64,000 nucleotides of DNA from Psammoneis japonica (lineage: Eukaryota). The position numbers and the translations under genes were made by a program. Below the pieces are notes generated by a model. It ran no database searches, was not told the origin of the DNA, and was given only the letters and a program-made list of their open reading frames with translations. Shown one piece after another: positions 60,493-64,000 of the stretch (positions are counted from its first letter, which is position 1; each line of letters begins with the position of its first letter). Location: contig QPGO01000044.1 in NCBI GenBank assembly GCA_008632985.1, positions 248,001 through 312,000 of the forward strand, in the 5' to 3' direction.

Positions 60493-61056
60493 ATGGCCCG
60501 CACACCCCGACTTCGATGCGCCATGCTATTGGCAATGCTACTATTGACTTGTACCGTAATGCCTTCCATTGCCCAAGATGGCGGAGAAGAAGCACAAAAA
60601 GCAGCAGCAGCAACAGCCGATACTGTGAAAGCGGCAGTGGACGATGCGGTGGATGCGGGTACCAAAGCTGCCGATGAAGCCGCCGCGGCTGCGGCTGCCG
60701 CAAAGGAAGCCGCAGCCAAGAAGGCTGCCGAAGCAGAAGCTGCAGCCAAGGCAGAAGCCAATCGGTTGGCGGAAGAGGCGGCTGCCGCCGCGGAAGCTGC
60801 AGCAAAGGCTGCCACAGAGGCAAAGGAATCGGCGGAAGGCTTGATTAGCAACGTCAAAGAGCAGATCTCGGACATTATGGACAAGGTTGCCTCACAGTCA
60901 AACTCTGCCTTGGATAGGATTAAGAGCATTGATAAGAAAGATGCGAAAAAGATCGCTGCGGTCGGCCTTGGTCTTTTTGGTATCAAGGTTGGTGTTGGCT
61001 GGTTGCAAGGTACCGGAGCGCCCGAACCTGAGCCGGTGAAGAAGGGATGGAAATAG
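60493..61056 (+). CDS. Ala/Glu/Lys-rich helical protein with signal peptide and C-terminal hydrophobic segment, function unknown
   Basis: 187-aa ORF; MLLAMLLLTCTVMPSIAQ; KIAAVGLGLFGIKVGVGWL. Confidence 0.75.
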   Translation: MARTPRLRCAMLLAMLLLTCTVMPSIAQDGGEEAQKAAAATADTVKAAVDDAVDAGTKAADEAAAAAAAAKEAAAKKAAEAEAAAKAEANRLAEEAAAAAEAAAKAATEAKESAEGLISNVKEQISDIMDKVASQSNSALDRIKSIDKKDAKKIAAVGLGLFGIKVGVGWLQGTGAPEPEPVKKGWK

Positions 61057-62310
61057 AAACCGCAGCTGCGGGGAATATACTCTGGAGAGTTGACTATTAA
61101 TCTTCTCTACGATTTAAATGTCAAATACAACAGTTCATGATGCCAAGCATGGTGGTCTCGTCTCTAGTGGGGATACGTTACTGGTGATCTTATGGTAGGG
61201 TTTTTATGCTCGTTGTGCGCGTGAATGTTGGCTGATCATCGTGCGCTGCAAGATTTGCGGTGGTTTGTTCACAGTGAAAAAGTGCCAAGCTTGAAGGGCT
61301 ATGTCTTACTTGTCTTGCTCTACTACCATCTCCAGCAAGTCCTCTAGGATGGAATTTGTTTCCACACGGGTCCCACATTGGTCAAAGCATATCCGAACTT
61401 ACACATTACGTCCCGACCCGATGTTTGTTCACAGTGAAAAGTGGCTCTCCTGTCTTTTACAGTAGCCACCATCTCCAGCGGGTTCCCAATTGGATTCGTT
61501 TCTACACGGGTCCTGCACTGGAAAAAGCATCTGTGCTTCGAGCTTTATGCACCTAGTCCTCAAACGATCCCGGCCATGTTCAAAATGACTGTGCTTTAGA
61601 GCGTGTTGACCGTGTTTTCAAGCGATACGCGCTTTCTTCTTTTCATGCAGCGCTTTCCAAATAGCGTCTCCAATATCACTGAGCCTTTGAATGGCTACTC
61701 GAGACGCTGTCTGCCAAAAACCAAAGAATAAGTAGTCAGCTCTGGAGAGAAGAAAGCTCGTCGTCTGGGAGCAAGCGAGGCAATTAAAATACAGTATGAT
61801 AATGAAAGTACAATGCACGTACATTGCGCCAAGTAGAATACAACTAGTGATTTCTATTGGTTGATTGGAGGCGCGCAATGTTAACTAGTGCAGTGCCACC
61901 ATCCTAAGTGCTATCTCTTCGTTTTGTTGCGTTTTGTCAACCATTTTGTGGCGTTTCATGTGCATCGAAAATTTGGCTCTCTAAGGATATAGAAAGCTGA
62001 ATAAAAATTTTTATTAAAATATTGGCTTATGTGAAATAAATTACCACGGATATTCGACACTACTTACGCCTAGTAGTTATTAAAATATCATATAGGCATG
62101 TATATGATGATTATCCGTTATGCGTTGGGAACCTGATGCTCACAAAATCGCATGCGCCTCTTTCGTTTTAAATTGTGTGCTTGTCCTTCAATTCGATCAA
62201 TCTTATTACATCAATCTTCGACCGAGCTTGTGACAGTGTTGGAAAAGCTGGAGCGAAGAACATCTACAAATCACTTGCTTGTCGCTAGCCTTCACAGTAG
62301 AATACAAAGA

Positions 62311-63705
62311 ATGGCAACAGCTCCTTTCATAAAACTTCTTGGAATTGCGGTTGCCGTACTGTTGTTCTTGCAGTTATCCTCCTTCTCTACCCTACAGCGA
62401 TTCCACGTGTTTGAAAGTAATCTCGTCCTAGATTCTCCGTCAGCATTGTCGTCGACGCCATCGTGGTATGCGGACGCAACGACGGTCCAGGAACAAACTA
62501 CCGGAACCATTACGCTGCACAATGTGTGTGTTCAACGGCAACAACAAGCAGTGAAAATATTTTCCCATGGTCCGATATCGGGTCATAACGGAACGAACGC
62601 TGGGCTTCCTGACAATGTTGAGAAACTAATGAAGAATCTCAACTTGGAACAATGGAAACTCCTTCATCAAAAACACAAGAATGGTTCATCATTGTCTACC
62701 GTTACATATGTTCCTCAGGATACGATATGGATTGATCTGTGTCGCTACTGTACGAACGTTGGACATTGTCTTAATGATTTGACCTTTTCCATCTCGATGG
62801 GCATGTTGAGCAAAAGCAACAGCAACATTGGCGAGACAGGTGCGACAATTACGAAGGCCCCATTCTATCCGCGATACATCTACGCAAACTCAACGTACAT
62901 ACACTCAAATTGCTCTGGCAGCTGTTGTGCCATGTTGGACGAAAGATTTGGAATCATCGACAGGAATTCCATTGTCACCACCTCCCATGACGACGACATT
63001 ATTTGTTTTCGAAGTCTTGTCTTCCCCTATATGGAAAAGCTACGGCATCCTCCACCGACGATCGAAACCAACTTGGCTCTTCAGCAATTGCAAAATCGTG
63101 CCTTTGACCTGCTGCATCTAGAGTATCGACCCTGGACGTCGCCGTCAAATAATGAGGAAGCGCAACAACAAAGAAAAGGGCAACAGCAACTATTGCCAAC
63201 TTCAACAAAGAGACCAACCGTGCTTCTCTTTGATCGCTCGGATGCAACTTCAAGAGTTTTAGTCAACGCATCTGTCATCAAGCAGCAACTCGAGTTGCTG
63301 TATGATGTGCAAGTCGATTTATGGGGAAAAGACGAATGGAAACATCACGAAAAGAATGCAACTCGACAAGCTCAAATATTCAACTCGTACCAATATATTT
63401 TGAGTCCTCATGGTGCTCAGCTGGTCAACTTGATGCATTCACGTCCCGGCACCAAAGTGGTGGAAATTCAGTGTTCCACTGGCGGAAATCGTCGTTGGAT
63501 GTGGCACCAGCAATGGTTTGCGGACTGGGTAAAGCCTGAAAGCGTCGGAATTCATCTTCGAGTTTATCTCGAGATTGAGGGTTGCAAGGACGAGTATGGT
63601 AGAATTAGTCCTACCTATTCCCCCCCTCAGGTTTCAATCACCAACATTTCTGACCTAGTGGCAATAGCCGCAGAGCATTTTGAACTCCAAAGGAAGGAGT
63701 CGTAA
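62311..63705 (+). CDS. Glycosyltransferase family 61-like (DUF563) type II membrane protein
   Basis: TM LLGIAVAVLLFLQL; NVGHCLND, RVLVN, ILSPHGAQLVNLMHSRPGTKVVEI. Confidence 0.85.
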   Translation: MATAPFIKLLGIAVAVLLFLQLSSFSTLQRFHVFESNLVLDSPSALSSTPSWYADATTVQEQTTGTITLHNVCVQRQQQAVKIFSHGPISGHNGTNAGLPDNVEKLMKNLNLEQWKLLHQKHKNGSSLSTVTYVPQDTIWIDLCRYCTNVGHCLNDLTFSISMGMLSKSNSNIGETGATITKAPFYPRYIYANSTYIHSNCSGSCCAMLDERFGIIDRNSIVTTSHDDDIICFRSLVFPYMEKLRHPPPTIETNLALQQLQNRAFDLLHLEYRPWTSPSNNEEAQQQRKGQQQLLPTSTKRPTVLLFDRSDATSRVLVNASVIKQQLELLYDVQVDLWGKDEWKHHEKNATRQAQIFNSYQYILSPHGAQLVNLMHSRPGTKVVEIQCSTGGNRRWMWHQQWFADWVKPESVGIHLRVYLEIEGCKDEYGRISPTYSPPQVSITNISDLVAIAAEHFELQRKES

Positions 63706-64000
63706 ACTTGAACTTGGGACAGACGGACTAAGAATCGGTCATGGATCTTCGCGTCAGGGTGGCATAGGAAAAATCCACAGATTAGAGGATGTTGTGGGAG
63801 CGTTACAATGCTCGACTACCTGCTCGCGCTAATGAGATCAGAATGCGGAATGGCGTAATCGCAGCTTCCGGGGAATTGTCTTGGCGCATTGAGGGTGAAA
63901 ATTAGCTTGCCGTGATGCATCAACGTCTCCACCATCATAACAAGCATTACAGTTGGGTTCGTAGCACTTTAATCTACCTTGATCCACATTAGTATGCATT

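Noticed and set aside
60417..60986. 189-aa Ala-rich minus-strand ORF
   Set aside because: Antisense shadow of the 60493-61056 gene.

Overview
Eukaryotic genomic window, most likely from a pennate diatom (inferred from a CoDi-type Copia element, diatom-type Gypsy/non-LTR/ISL2EU elements and short GT-AG introns). Ordinary gene islands alternate with repeat blocks. Genes: two paralogous multi-exon proteins with 'GACC' Cys-rich repeats (one ends in a PhoX/DUF839 phosphatase, one in a beta-propeller-like domain), three glycosyltransferase-like genes, an SLC38A11-like transporter plus a partial tandem pseudogene, MAF1, NTF2, CCDC124 and fibrillarin. About 35 kb lies in nested-transposon blocks (approx. 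4.3-21.5, 22.4-24.7, 34.8-36.5, 42-49.5 and 50-56.4 kb). Main observation: in these blocks TpA has been almost entirely converted to TpG or CpA (A>G on either strand). This is visible in alignments of repeat copies, in paired LTRs and in systematic Tyr>Cys/His changes in conserved transposon motifs. It occurs even where CpG is largely intact, stops sharply near genes and spares duplicated gene sequence. This looks like a RIP-like, repeat-domain-targeted hypermutation of opposite polarity to fungal RIP (TA>TG/CA instead of CA>TA). All counts and alignments were done by eye.
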